The notes beneath the pieces were generated by a model. It ran no database searches, was not told the DNA's origin, and worked only from the letters and a program-made list of their open reading frames with translations. A DNA stretch of 62,550 bases, filler included, from Basidiobolus ranarum (taxonomy: Eukaryota), in NCBI GenBank assembly GCA_040143965.1. It is 38 parts of 38 records of this genome, joined end to end, with 100 filler letters (N's around TTAATTAATTAA, not from the genome) between each part and the next. Parts side by side here need not be neighbours in the genome. Positions count along the whole stretch, not along the records: positions 36,361 to 37,907 come from JASJQH010004869.1; positions 38,008 to 39,553 come from JASJQH010004870.1; positions 39,654 to 41,199 come from JASJQH010004871.1; positions 41,300 to 42,845 come from JASJQH010004872.1; positions 42,946 to 44,490 come from JASJQH010004873.1; positions 44,591 to 46,134 come from JASJQH010004874.1; positions 46,235 to 47,777 come from JASJQH010004875.1; positions 47,878 to 49,420 come from JASJQH010004876.1; 30 more parts are not named here. The stretch is one strand, 5' to 3'. Both the position numbers and the translations under genes were made by a program. This document shows, piece by piece, positions 36,361-49,520 of this stretch (positions within the stretch are counted from its first letter, which is position 1; each line of letters begins with the position of its first letter).

Positions 36361-37907
36361 AATTACAAAATCTTTGCACAGTCACTGTATCTGCCTGAGA
36401 TCTGCCAATGTGAGTTGATACCATAAGAATATATTAACTATATCAACAAACAACTCCCAATGGTGGCAATACTTATCAGGCAGAAAACTTTTCAAGATTC
36501 CACTTGAATACATACAAATCCAATACTTCCAGTCTTTGCATTTGAATAAATGCCTAGGTGAGTGGATATTGCTGGGAGTCCCAGTAAAATATGATGGTAT
36601 CTTGACACTTTCAAGCATTTTCCCAATCAATTCAAACTTTAATCCTGCCTCAATTGGCTCATTCATATTGAATTTTCCACTATATAGCGGAGTAAGTAGT
36701 ATTGGAATGTTGTTGAATAGTAGGTGCATAGTGCCTAATGGGAAGTACTGGCTCCAGCTGAGCCCCTTTAGCAATATAATCTTAGGCTTATTGCTGATAC
36801 CAAGTTTGATGTTAAACTGACTATTTGGTGAATTGATATCAGTGATCATGTCAAAATCTGACCGGGCTCTTGATGGTAAAATCATGGAGTTTAGTGTTGT
36901 ATTTAGATAGTAATAATGAATATGCCTGATAGAGTAAACTCCATTGGTTTGACAAAATCTACAGCAAGATAGTGCATTGTGCCCACAAACACCTCCAAGT
37001 TTACTGATGGCAGGAGTGTCACCAATACATACAATGATATTTGATTTAACAAAATATTCACCCATCTGAATCCCATTAGAAAACCATTCAGATTCCACAA
37101 TCAAAGGCTTCAAGAAGCTATCTACAAGCACTGGTGATTTAGGTCCAGATATGATGGATAGTATCAAAATATTGTGACTCTTATACCGTTCAGAAGGAGC
37201 AAGATCTAAGTTAATTAAAATTATCAGCCAGCAAGCCTTTCCAATGGTATATTTGTATAGTGAGAAACCATCCAGAGCCAATGCAAATGCATGATCATAC
37301 ATGCTCTCAAAGAAACCTTGACTTTTCAGATTCTGGTAGTATATCCATCAAGTATATTGGTAATACCATCAGCTTTACAGTGAGTACTTTGATATTGGAT
37401 CAATGATCTATATTTGGGTGATTACTTCAAAACTTTAAGATGAGGAATCAATGGTATGTAAGCCAAAGGTGAACAATATTTACATGATTCAGTGATTGCC
37501 AATTGTGTGCAAACAGTACATGACTTCAGGTTTTTCAGATCACTGGTGAAAGCCAAACAACCATTAGGACATGAAGATAGTTTAGTTACTGAATGATCAT
37601 AAGTCATATGATTGACAAATGTTTTCCACTTGTACCAGGTCTGTGGCAAGCAACAGTTGCCAATCAACTTTGGTAAAAGTGTAAGAAATCCAATAAACAC
37701 CTGGATGCTAAGATTGGATTGAACTCTCCACTCCTCAATAATCAAATCTGCTTCCTGTACAGTATGTGTTATGAGTGGACTAATGTTTGCCAATAACAAA
37801 GAGTCTGTAACAAAACCATTGTCTTCTTCTTCAACTTCTGATATACTACCATTGGTAATGGAATAACAAAGGTCAATATCTAGCAGCAAGTCCTCAAAGT
37901 TTTCTGG
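36361..37907 (-). mobile_element. CACTA/En-Spm transposase (Tnp2/Transposase_21 type), partly decayed
   Basis: ALALDGFSL..CW.IILINL.L.PSERY..IISGPKSP..DSFLKPLI..IGDTPAISKLGG..GHNA..CCRFC. Confidence 0.92.
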
Positions 37908-38007
37908 NNNNNNNNNNNNNNNNNNNNNNNNNNNNNNNNNNNNNNNNNNNNTTAATTAATTAANNNNNNNNNNNNNNNNNNNNNNNNNNNNNNNNNNNNN
38001 NNNNNNN

Positions 38008-38230
38008 GCAGAAGCTAGAGAAGAGTTTTGGGATATATTCCCATCCATTATCAGTATGGATAATCTTAATCTTTAGACCTGTTTCAGTCTCCACCATTGC
38101 TTTGAATTTCTTGAAGGTATCAAAGGCTTGATCCTTACTGGCTGGAAAGTGCACCCAAGTATACTTTGTCCTATCATCAATAAAGGTCATATAATACCTT
38201 TTTCTGCCTAAAGATTTTGTCTGCATTGGG
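38008..38230 (-). mobile_element. Copia integrase core fragment
   Basis: GPMQTKSLG..YYMTFIDD.T..KIKIIHTDNG.EY. Confidence 0.9.
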
Positions 38231-39553
38231 CCCAAACATAAGTAAAATCAACTTCATCCGCATTGGATTCACCCTCCAAAAGAGCAAAACCATCAGAAAA
38301 CTATCACAATATTGGTGGCTTGCATTCTGCCAGGGGTTTTGATGGTGTGACAATGATTTCTTGATGGTATTTTGATGGTTTTCATACATGTTAAAATATT
38401 GATCCTCAAATTTGGCATCCATTATTCAAAATTTGGCAATATTTGCAAAAATATAATTATTGAAAGGCAAATTACTGGGTTTACTGCTATAGGAATTTGA
38501 ATTAATATGCATGCCTTTATTTAGTTATTGTAGGGTTTGTATTCTAGCCATAATGAGAATCAAAAAAAGCAAGAATCTTATTGTGTTTAGTCTCCACATA
38601 TGCACATACTTGACTGTTTAGACATAACTCAACAGCATCAATATGCTTTGCCAGCAAACTAACAGTGGAGAAATTGCTAAACATCTGAAATTTTGAATAG
38701 CACTGACACTCGGCAAAGAGCTGACTTTTGTTACCACTCACAACAAGAATAAGCTCTTGGATTTTGGCAAATTTCCATCAATGATCCAGCCAATATATCC
38801 CCAACTTGCAGTCAACAAATGTCCTGCCACAAGTGAATGTGTCATTGTTGAAATTGATTACCCCATGGCTAAATCAATAATACTGCATATCTTGATCTAT
38901 CTCACCAAGAAGTCTGTCTTGCAGCTTTCCTAAAAATAACATTAGATTATCACACAAGCAAATTGGTTTGGTTATAGAGGTATTTACTCTTTGTCCATGA
39001 ATTGGGCTTTGTTGCTGTTATTGTGCTCAAACAATGCAAAAACCTGTGAGGACATTGAAAAGAGCCCTTTGTTGGCAGGTTTATATACTCTGGAGTCTGC
39101 TTAACCCATCACATTACATCCATCATTGATTTTGCTGATACATGATTAATCATATTAGCATATGGTAATACTGATGATTTCACATGTAGCATCATTTCAC
39201 ACAGGTATGCTCCATTGGGAACTCCCAGAATGTATAGTAAGGGCCTATAATCTCTAAGCATTGGGAAAGATGTAGCAGAGAATGTATTGAATACTGGCAT
39301 GGATTCAATCTATTTTCTTTAAACCTGTAATAAAGTTTTTCATATCCAATTACAGAATCTTTGCTCAGTGGCTATATCTGCCTGAAATCTGCCAATGTGA
39401 GTTAATGCCATAAGAATATATTAACAATATTGACAAACAACTCCCAATGTTACCATTACTTATCAGGCAGACATCTTTTCAAAATTCCACTTGAATATAT
39501 AAAAATCCAATACTTCCAGTCTTTGAATTTGAAGAAATGCGTAGATGAGTGGA
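38231..39553 (-). mobile_element. CACTA transposase 3' region and right end
   Basis: Homologous to 56088-57150; degenerate TIR CCCAAACA at 38231. Confidence 0.85.
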
Positions 39554-39653
39554 NNNNNNNNNNNNNNNNNNNNNNNNNNNNNNNNNNNNNNNNNNNNTTA
39601 ATTAATTAANNNNNNNNNNNNNNNNNNNNNNNNNNNNNNNNNNNNNNNNNNNN

Positions 39654-41199
39654 TGCTCAACAGTTACTACTTCTTCAACCATGGTGGAATCTTCATCTCT
39701 TTCAACTGGCCATGACCGCGGTTGCATGGCAGTATGTGTTGGAGCAAGTTGTCTACCTTGTGGTTTGTGTTTGGCAGTTCTTGCCTCTTCAACCATGGTA
39801 GAAGCTTCATCTCTTTTGACTGGCCATGGCCATGGTTGCATGGCAGTATGTGTTGGAGTGAGTTGTCTACCTTGTGGTTCATGTTCTGTGGTTATTGCTT
39901 CTTCGACCACAGTGGAAGCGGCATCTCTTTTGACTGGCCATTGCTGTGGTTGCATTCCAGTACATGTTGGAGCAAGTTGTACACCTTGAGGTTTGCATTT
40001 GGCAGTTCTTGCCTCTTCAACCATGGTAGAAGCTTCTTCTCTTTTGACTGGCCACCATGACCTCTGTTGCATGGCAGAATGTTTTGGAGCATATCATCTA
40101 CCTTTTTGTTTGTGTTTGTCTGTTGTGGCTTCTTCAAGCTCAGTAAGAGCTTCACTATCTCTCTCAAACACCCATTGTCTTGGTCTTGTTGGGGTACATG
40201 TTGTGACAGATTCTGTCTTAATAGATTGCTCTTAGGTGTCAGATCTTTATCCAACAAAGTGGAAGGTCCAAAAATTCTTGTGGTTGGCCTTTGTTGCTGT
40301 TGCGTGGTTGTATACATTAAACCGGTATTTCTTTCCGGTGGCATGCTCCTTGGAGCTGACTCTTCTCCAGATGTAAAAAGCTCACTGGTTGGTTTGGCTG
40401 AATCAGGTAAATCATGTGCTACAATGTGTGAAAATGTGGGCTATCCTCATTCTGGTTCTTCATTGACTGCTTGCTCTTCATCAAAAACGGGAGAAACATT
40501 CCGGACTCTTCCAAGCTGGCATTGCCATCTGTGTGTACTACTGGCTGATGAATCAACTTGTTGGGCTCCTGCCCTTGTTGGAGGTATTACCTCAATCCTA
40601 GTGGTGAGTTGTGTAGATTGTTCTTGTAAAATAGATACCTTGTCATAAGTCTCTTCAATTTGGAGTGATCTAGTACATCTCTGCAACAGTCTAGACTGCT
40701 CCAATTTGCCTTTGGGAATATCTTCTGATTCAATAAATTGTCTTGCTTTTTCTTTACACCTCTGTTTATAACTCTTGCCCTAGTGTCCTGAAATGTTGTT
40801 TTGAACTCTACAACCTCCATCAACAGTTGCTGCAAAGTCTCATTCAGTAGGGGTAGATATCTATTTAGTACATCTTTAGTCTCCAAAGTTGAGGCTGCAA
40901 TGGTTGCTTCCAGTCCATACAGGCAAAAACATGATTGGAATCATGTCTTTGCAGACTCAAAATCAAAATTCCTATTTCTCAATTCACACTTTCTATCCTC
41001 ATGAGTCTTATTGTATATTTTCTTGCAGACTTCTGAAGGCATGAAGATATAGTATTCTCTCCCAAGCAGAGTCAATTGTTGCTTCGACTTTTTTCTAATT
41101 GCCGCTTCCCCTGGTTCTGTCAAGTTTATCAATTTCTCCCTTATTTGCATGCAAGTATTCATAGTGTTTAGCTGGGCTTCTGTAAATTCTTTAGGCACG
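39654..41199 (-). pseudogene. Decayed ORF with 114-bp (38-aa) tandem repeats; probable second ORF of the Harbinger-like element
   Basis: Repeat units at about 39677, 39791, 39905 and 40019; homologous repeats at 54560-54850 lie tail-to-tail with the Harbinger-like transposase. Confidence 0.6.
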
Positions 41200-41299
41200 N
41201 NNNNNNNNNNNNNNNNNNNNNNNNNNNNNNNNNNNNNNNNNNNTTAATTAATTAANNNNNNNNNNNNNNNNNNNNNNNNNNNNNNNNNNNNNNNNNNNN

Positions 41300-42845
41300 C
41301 TGGAATACAAAGCCTAAAATATCTCAATAAAGGCATGCATATTAATTCGAATTCCTACAGCAGTAAACCCAGTAATTTGCCATTCGAAAATTATATTTTT
41401 GCTAAAATTGTGGATATTGAATACTGCATGCCAAATTTGAGGATCAATATTTTAACATGTGTGAATACCACCAAGATACCATCAAGAAACCGCCATCACA
41501 TCATCAAAATCCCTGGCAGAATGCAAGCCAATCATATTGTGACGGTTCTCTGATGGTTTTGCTATTTTGGAGTGTGGATCTGATCTGGATCAAATCAATT
41601 TTATTTTTGTTAGGGGAATACTGGAATGGATTTAGTATATCTTCTTTAATCCTTTAATAAAGTTTTTCATAGCCAATTACAAGATCTTCACATAGTTGCT
41701 GTATTGGCATGAGATCTGCTAATAGGAGTTGATGTCATAAGAACATATTAATAATATCCACAAACATCTCCCAATGTTTCCAATACTTATCAGGCTGATA
41801 TCTTTTGAATATCTCTTTCATATTGAATTTTCCACTATAAAGCTGAGCAAGTAGTATGGGAATGTTCTGGATTAGTATGTGAATAGTGCCTAATGGGAAG
41901 CTCTGGCTCCAGCTGATCCCTTTGGCAATATAATCTTAGGCATATGGGTAATACCAAGTTTGATGCAAGACTGATTGTTTTGTGAATTGATATCAGTGAG
42001 AATGCAGAAATCTGACCAGGCTGTTGATGGTAAAATCATGCAGTTTAGTTTTGTAAATGTATATTAGTAATGCATAAGCCTGATAGAGTAAACGCCATCA
42101 ATTTGACAAAATCGACAACTTGATATTATATTGTGCCAACAAAAACTTTTGAGTTTACTGATGGCAGGAGTGTCACGAATTGATACAATAGTGTAAGCTT
42201 TAATAAAATATTCTCCCATATGAACCCCAATAGATAACCATTCAAAATCTGCAATCAAAGGCTTCAAGAAGCTATCTATATGTATTGGTGATTAAGGTCC
42301 AGATATGATGGATAGTATCAAGCTATTAATACTCTTATACCTTTCAGAAGGACAAAAATTTAATTTAATTAAAATTATTGGCCAGCAAGCCTTTCCAATG
42401 GTATATTTCTTTAGTGAGAAACCATCCAGAACCAATGCAAATGAATGATCATATATGTTCTCAAAGAAACCTTGACTTTTCAGATTCTGGTAGTGGTATC
42501 CATCAAGTATATTGGTAATACCATATGCCTTACAGTTAGTACTTTAGTATTGGATCAATGCTCTACTTTTGCTCAATTTCATCAAAACTTAAAGATGGGG
42601 AATCAACTGTATATAAGCCTAAGTGGGAAGTCTTTGCATATTGAATATTCACATGTTGTGAATCCTTCAAACTTTGACAAATGACATTAAAGGCCTTCTT
42701 GTCTCTGTTTTTGTGAGCTTTGAATAAAGAAGGGTCAGAAGGTTCCTTTTCTTCTCCAGAGACTCCATCCCAAAGCTCCCTGTCTTCCAGCATGATTTGC
42801 ATCTTGAACTTCCAGAAATTGTAATTTTCTCCATCAAGCTTTTCA
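41300..42845. mobile_element. CACTA right end (41300-41615, +), CACTA transposase fragment (41616-42620, -) and copia gag N-terminus (42625-42845, -)
   Basis: TTTTTGTTAGGG TIR; KLDGENYNFWKFKMQIMLEDRELW gag motif. Confidence 0.8.
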
Positions 42846-42945
42846 NNNNNNNNNNNNNNNNNNNNNNNNNNNNNNNNNNNNNNNNNNNNTTAATTAATTA
42901 ANNNNNNNNNNNNNNNNNNNNNNNNNNNNNNNNNNNNNNNNNNNN

Positions 42946-43907
42946 AACAAGGAGCTATTTCGACATATTCACGTTCTACCTGTTTTGATGTAATACCATT
43001 AAATTGAACCAGACGTCTGACGATTTACGAGGACGTAATATTTTCACCTTCTTTTGAATGAATGTACGATGAAGTCTCTCGTCTCTTATGTTTCCCAGTC
43101 CGTATAGAGCCAATCTGCTATTTCCTTTACGAAGCAAGATGGGGCTAATTGTAATCTCATCTACCTCTTTAGCTCTTCCAAAATAATTCACTAGTCCTGA
43201 GACTGAGAGGAGATCTAAGGCTGCTAGATTACCATCCTATAATAAGGAATTGATGAGTTTTTCTGCAAGCTATTCCTTTTTCCCTTCAAGTAGGTCGAAC
43301 TTACTCCAGAAGGATCATCGTGATTTCCATGAATGGAAAAGACCGGAATGCTAACATTATAGTTGGGATCCTGATAATTCACTGAGGCAAACCTTGAAAT
43401 GATGATTTTATGTTCAGAAGGTTACTAATGAATGACTGAAAATCACCACTACAAATGTTTCATAAATAGTACATGGTGGTAAAAAAACCAACCTGTCAGG
43501 AAAATTAACTGATTGGTCGCTAAGATACTCCATCTTACAAGGTTTATCTCCCATACAATATTCACGAAGTAGGGCCATTGTTTGATACAAAGTTTTTCTT
43601 GAAGGTTTGTTCTCATGAAATAAGTCACCACCCAGTAAAATAAAGTCCACCTTTTTTCGGTTTAGAAGGAAATAGAGAAAGGTTTTTTAATATGTGAAAA
43701 GTGTCCATTAATAATGGAAGTCTCAAAAAAGGTACTTCGCATTGAAAAATATATATGTATGTATCCAACCTCCTCCCTACGTGCTAACTTCAATATCTCT
43801 TCAAAAGCAATAAACGAATCTTTTCCACGTATTGGATCCTTTTCCATATAACCAAGATGGTTATCAGTGGCAATCAATATACGAAAGGTGTCTTCTGGCG
43901 GTAACAT
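42946..43907 (-). CDS. MRE11: Double-strand break repair nuclease MRE11, 5' part; exons about 43907-43770, 43650-43493, 43392-43305, 43236-42979
   Basis: [48 protein letters not shown] and VLHQNR motifs; GT..AG introns. An upstream exon cannot be excluded. Confidence 0.96.
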
Positions 43908-44591
43908 ATTATTGGTATAAGTTACAAATAACGTTGACGCTGTCGTTAACTAGTTAGAGTATATTATTGAAGTAATATGGGGAAATTGTAATCGAATCAA
44001 GTTAATTGTTCATAATAAAAAATTCAATTATCCAAAAAATATCCATCCATTATTCTCCCAGTGCTTGTTTATTTACCATCCACCGACACGTGACTTGGAA
44101 TGGTTTTTTGTTAATGGCATAAACAACATAGGAATTCAGGTTTGTTTGGTATACTTACTAGTGTAAATAAACCGAGGAGGTTACCTGAGCTTGAAAGGAA
44201 AAGAATAATACATTTATCTTGAATATTCCCTTTTTTTCTTATAGAAGAAATAGCATTCATCGCAACTGAACATGACTCAAGCTTTGATTCGAGAACAATT
44301 ACGAGAGGGAGTAAGACGTTGCAGCGACAGAGGACTATTTCACAGTACAAAATGGTATGTACAGAGCAATAGCATTTCTTGATATATAGACCCGTGAGTG
44401 ACGTTCGTTTTCGACCATCTTCTAGGGTTTCTGAAGCTTTAAGTGGTCTTGAAACCGAATCCATCAATATAGGAGATTTTCCTTTTCTTGNNNNNNNNNN
44501 NNNNNNNNNNNNNNNNNNNNNNNNNNNNNNNNNNTTAATTAATTAANNNNNNNNNNNNNNNNNNNNNNNNNNNNNNNNNNNNNNNNNNNNG

Positions 44592-45203
44592 CCACTTGAA
44601 AATCAACCTGATGAACAGTCACCACCCGAACAAGGACATGATGAGCAAAGCCCTAGCGAAGAGGATGAGGCTGAAATAGATCCAACTCCAGAGGAGTCCC
44701 CAGATAACCAACCTGAGGAGCAGTCACCACCTGATCAAGGCCAAGATGAGCAAAACCCTAGTGACGAGGGTGGGGCAGTTACAGATCCAACTACAATAAC
44801 TCCAGATGAGTCCCTTGAGAGTCCACCTGAAAATACACCTGGTCAGGCTGATGAGGAACAAATGGGGTCTGAACAGGGCCAGTCTGAGTTGTCGCCCTCT
44901 GAAGATCAACAATCTTCCCCCTTACTTTCCTCTGCACCGGGAAGTTTAAATATTGCACAGCTACACCCCGATCAAGCCTTGTTAGATCAAGTGAATGGGG
45001 AGTCATCAAGTAACAGCAATGCACTATCTGACTCGAATCAATTTGACCAAGCTCAAATCATCGATCAAACCTTGTATCAAACTCAACCAAAGACAACCTA
45101 TATTCAACCGGCAATTCGCCAACGTAGTGGACGGTATAAGAAATACAGAAAATACCGTCATCACTATATCAGGCTCGGATATCTTAGTGGTAACAGATAT
45201 TAA
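44592..45203 (+). CDS. Acidic Pro/Glu/Gln-rich repeat protein with basic Tyr-rich tail (5' partial)
   Basis: Frame open from the contig edge; ENQPDEQSPPEQGHDEQSPS / DNQPEEQSPPDQGQDEQNPS repeats; ends RQRSGRYKKYRKYRHHYIRLGYLSGNRY*. Confidence 0.7.
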   Translation, partial: PLENQPDEQSPPEQGHDEQSPSEEDEAEIDPTPEESPDNQPEEQSPPDQGQDEQNPSDEGGAVTDPTTITPDESLESPPENTPGQADEEQMGSEQGQSELSPSEDQQSSPLLSSAPGSLNIAQLHPDQALLDQVNGESSSNSNALSDSNQFDQAQIIDQTLYQTQPKTTYIQPAIRQRSGRYKKYRKYRHHYIRLGYLSGNRY

Positions 45204-45603
45204 CCCATACCATCTACTTCATAAGACATGTCTTGTTGACCTATTCAAATCCTTAACCATATACTGATAAGAATAAATAATTACTTTTCAATCAAGAGAT
45301 AATTACTAGCAATACAATTTAAATGCTACGTTTACTGTTCATATTAATTCTGATAGAACAGTTATGCTGCAGTATTCAATACTCATCCCGCGTTAAAGGG
45401 AATACTGGTTGTAGACCCAAACACCTATGTTCAGATTCGAGACTAGATATTTGGTGTATAGCATCTTTCATGGTCAGCAACTGTCTGAGTCAAATACCAT
45501 ACATCAGTCAATGGTATCGCTCAATCTCCAAGATAGAAATTCAATGTGATCAATTTCTATGCCTGCTTTGACTGAACTGTTAGTTAATATTTCTGTAAAA
45601 TAA

Positions 45604-45675
45604 TGCCTACTGCCGGGATTGAACTGGCGACCTTCAGTTTACGAGACTGACGCGCTACCACTGCGCTAAGCAGGC
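45604..45675 (-). tRNA. tRNA-Thr (anticodon CGU)
   Basis: GCCTGCT-TA-GCGC AGTGGTA GCGC-G-TCAGT CTCGTAA ACTGA-AGGTC-GCCAG TTCAATC CCGGC-AGTAGGC-A cloverleaf with one T-stem mismatch; T-run downstream. Confidence 0.93.
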
Positions 45676-46234
45676 TGTAGTAGAGATTTCAATGAGGAAA
45701 AATTCAGAATCCCAATTGTTACAGGGGATTTATTTTTTATCATTGATGCAAAACCCGACTAAGGCTAAGAGAAGCTATTTGACAGATAAAGGGCCTTCTT
45801 CATCGCAAGCATATACTTGGATTCACTAAAAATCAAGAGTTAGAATATATCTATAGCACTTCGTATGTCTGATTTATTACTAAACTTGCGTCACCTGTGA
45901 TGTTATTCCAGGACAAAGCATTTTCCATTTACAGATGCAGGTGATCTTCATTGAACTCATCATACGCTAACGCAGTGCAAATAAGGTAGATAATATGATT
46001 GTCGTTATTTCAAACTCGAATAACAAACCTCACTCTAAGTTGCTTAGGAAGCCACTTTACACTATTGTTGGCAATGTAGCACAAATGTATACTTTCATAT
46101 AATATAAAGAGGACCTAATGCCATCATGCCCCATNNNNNNNNNNNNNNNNNNNNNNNNNNNNNNNNNNNNNNNNNNNNTTAATTAATTAANNNNNNNNNN
46201 NNNNNNNNNNNNNNNNNNNNNNNNNNNNNNNNNN

Positions 46235-47777
46235 GTGGTGGGGACTACAAGGACCAATACAAATAGGGATGATGGAAGGAGGATCTGGTGACCTTCCATG
46301 GAAGGTCTTGGTGGAAATACACTATGTGTGGGATGAAATGATTGGTTAGGTTTCATGGAATGTTCCAAAGAACACAACTTCCATGTAAGGTAATCTGGAT
46401 GAACTGACACCAGATTGCCAAGAAGGGATGGCACAGCGGATATGATGCCATAATCTAATAATAGAAGAGTTCTATTTGCAGTGGATCAGTATGCCAAGAT
46501 CAGAATCATGACAGTGCATTGGGAACCTCAACTGGTACTTTTCAAAATGTTGAAATAAGCCCCAAAGTTAAAGGCAAGCAAAAAGCTGCACAAACACTGC
46601 AAAGAACCCTCAGTATTGGCCCACTACAAGGATTTACAAAAATAGTCAAAGTGCTTGAGGAGTATTTTCAAAAGTATGAAGGGAAAAATGCAGTGCAAGT
46701 ATGTGGAAAGTGGCTTCACAAGAAGAGCATTCAACTTGAAATTCAGTCTGGTGTTGACTGTGCAGATATCTTGGAAGAACTTGATACAGTGTGGCATAAT
46801 ATTGCAGGATATCCACCAGATAGCCTGAAAAATGTTGATTCAGCAATGTGAATACAATGCTAGGCTTTGATGGAGTTATTGATACAAACTCATGTTGGGT
46901 ATGAGCTAAACCTTGGGTCTGAAGAACTCTATAAAAATATTCCGGAGAATATATCAAGGAGACAGGAGATTTTGAAGGTGACAAATTAAGATTCAAGTGG
47001 TAATTGTGTAATATTTGAGTTATGTTTTTTGCACATGTGTTGATCTATAGTTCTTTGAGATTGTAGCTAATCATATGCAACTGTTTTGCAAGATCTTGAA
47101 CTTTCACTCCTGAAACTGAAAAAATTTATTAAAAATATCAAATCTAACCTGACAATTTTATGATGGTAAGCAAATGGTCAACCCCAAATGGATTAAAATT
47201 GTGATGGTTTTCCGACAATAACAATGCTCAAATTTCTGTTAGGGATCATGCATTTGCATTGACTCTGGATGGTTTCTCACTAAACAAATATACCATTGGA
47301 AAGGCTTACTGGCCAATAATTTTAATCAACTTAAATCTTCCTCCTTCTGAACAGTATAAGAGTCATATTATTTTGATACTATCCATCATATCTGGACCTA
47401 AATTGCCAGTGCTTATAGATAGCTTCTGGAAGCCTTTGATTGTGGAATTTGAATGGTTATCAAATGGGGTGCAGATGGGGAAATATTCTATTAAAGCTAA
47501 TATCATTGTATGTATTGGTGACACCCCTGCCATCAGTAAAGTTGAAGGTTTTTGCAGGCACAATGCACTATTGTGCTGTAGATTTTGTTAAATCAATGGA
47601 GTTTACTCTAACAGGTATATGCATTACTATTTTCCAAAAACAACACTAATTTATGACTTTACCATTAGGAGCCCAGTCAGATTTGAATATGATCAGTGAG
47701 ATCAATTCACCAAAAAGTCAGTCTAACATCAAACTTCGTATTTGCTGGAAGCCTAATATTATATTGCTAAAGGGGAT
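46235..47777. mobile_element. Gypsy B LTR head (46235-46513, -), CACTA left end (46514-47244, -) and CACTA transposase fragment (47245-47777, +)
   Basis: CAGAATCATGACA LTR start; TTTCTGTTAGGG TIR; LDGFSL..CCRFC. Confidence 0.85.
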
Positions 47778-47877
47778 NNNNNNNNNNNNNNNNNNNNNNN
47801 NNNNNNNNNNNNNNNNNNNNNTTAATTAATTAANNNNNNNNNNNNNNNNNNNNNNNNNNNNNNNNNNNNNNNNNNNN

Positions 47878-49420
47878 GTCGAGTATATGCTTGGAAAATA
47901 ACTGTCGATAGCTTGAGTTTACGATAATATTTACGTGCTAAGAGCCCTCGGACTTGAGTTTGGATTATACAAGCAGAATTGGCCAATTTATCTGAACGAA
48001 GTTTCTCAAGGTAGGCTAACTGGCCAGCTCTGAAGAACACCTTGGTAGAGCCGAGTTGATATTTATCGGGGTTATTAATGGTATGTTGCAGTATTGACAT
48101 GGTGAATTTGGACAAATCCTGTCGGCTCCATTGAGATGGAGGCAACAGTAGGTAGTATCTGTCAACAAATTCTTCAATGGATCTTCTTGAAGGGTATCCT
48201 TCACAACTGATACGAATTGTCTCGAGCACGCCGCAAGCTCTTAATTGAGAAATTACCATCTGGGAATCAAATGACCAAGGTTTCTTTTCCTCATTGGGTT
48301 TGATACAACGGATGTAATGGACGTTTGTTGAATTAACTGTATCCATTAAGCTGATCAAAGAGCTCTTAAAAGATGACCCAAGAGTTTTCTTCTTTAAGGC
48401 TACTCCCATGCTACGCCTAGCTGAACTAGGGTTGATAGGCTGTTCATCAACAGGCGTAGGTAGAATATCCTTCAAGAAGTCGAATTCGGAGTTAGACAAA
48501 ACACTGGATAGCTCGTCTGAAATAGTATCTTTGTTTTTATCCAAAAATCCCTCGCCTTCATAAGCAACATCATGGGCATAATGACAAATTGTAAATGCAG
48601 TATTGGAGAACTTCGGTTTCTTGAAAAAGCCAGTGTTTTCGGGGCTTTCATATTGTTTGTATAGCTTGCTAATGAATGAGCTGTCAGTCCCGGAAGGTAA
48701 TCTGCTCTCTTCATCTAAAAGTGCCAAAATACCGAGCCTTCCTTCGATCAGATCAATACAAGGCTGGTTGTCACTGAAGTCTATAAAGTTCCAAGCAATC
48801 TGCTCTTTGACGTACTCTTCTTGCTCCAATTTGAAGACATGCTTATTGAATTCTTGTTGAAGTTTTTCATTGGCATAATTGATGCAAAACTGTTCAAAAG
48901 AATTTCTCTCGAAATGCTCGAAGCCATAAATATCCAACACGCCTATAAATGAATTGGCAGTCTTGGAGATCTCTTCAGTGCATAAACTCTTGTTTATAAT
49001 CCTAATCAGCCAATCAAATAAATTGGCATACACAAACTTAGCGACAGCATCTCTTGCAGCAACCGCTTCAGCAGGTTTTAAATTTGAGAGGATACTTTCG
49101 GTTCGCGCTACTATTTGCCTCTTCACCAACCATTTACGGAAATTGTTAGGATTGAGCTCCAAGAGACTTGTAACGATCTTGAACGAGGCATCAGTCTCGT
49201 CTATCATAGCACCTAATTTATCCGATCCACCGATGTTAATGTTACCAAGGTGGAGCAATGCGGCTAGAATTCTGAATATCTTCTTCTGTACATCCACAGA
49301 TACTCCTATCAGAGTCAACGATTTCCTGGTCAGTTCGAGTTCTTCACGATCATCAACATCAGGGATAATCCCCAGTCCGCCTTGATTTAAATAATTAAAA
49401 TCAGAATATTCTCCAATTGC
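47878..49420 (-). CDS. MYO2: Class V myosin, motor domain to first IQ motifs (internal fragment)
   Basis: IGVLDIYGFEHF, NSFEQFCINYANEKLQQEFN, HYIRCIKPN, QLRACGVLETIRISC, IQTQVRG; frame open across the contig. Confidence 0.95.
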
Positions 49421-49520
49421 NNNNNNNNNNNNNNNNNNNNNNNNNNNNNNNNNNNNNNNNNNNNTTAATTAATTAANNNNNNNNNNNNNNNNNNNNNNNN
49501 NNNNNNNNNNNNNNNNNNNN

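Noticed and set aside
39681-40648. Cys-rich and Trp-rich plus-strand ORFs (metallothionein-like look)
   Set aside because: Antisense readings of the CpG-decayed 114-bp repeat.
44111-44467. 118-aa ORF upstream of MRE11
   Set aside because: No recognisable motif; likely a 3' end or UTR of a neighbouring gene in an uncertain frame.
48016-49385. Short ORFs overlapping the myosin gene
   Set aside because: Alternative-frame and antisense shadows of the myosin CDS.
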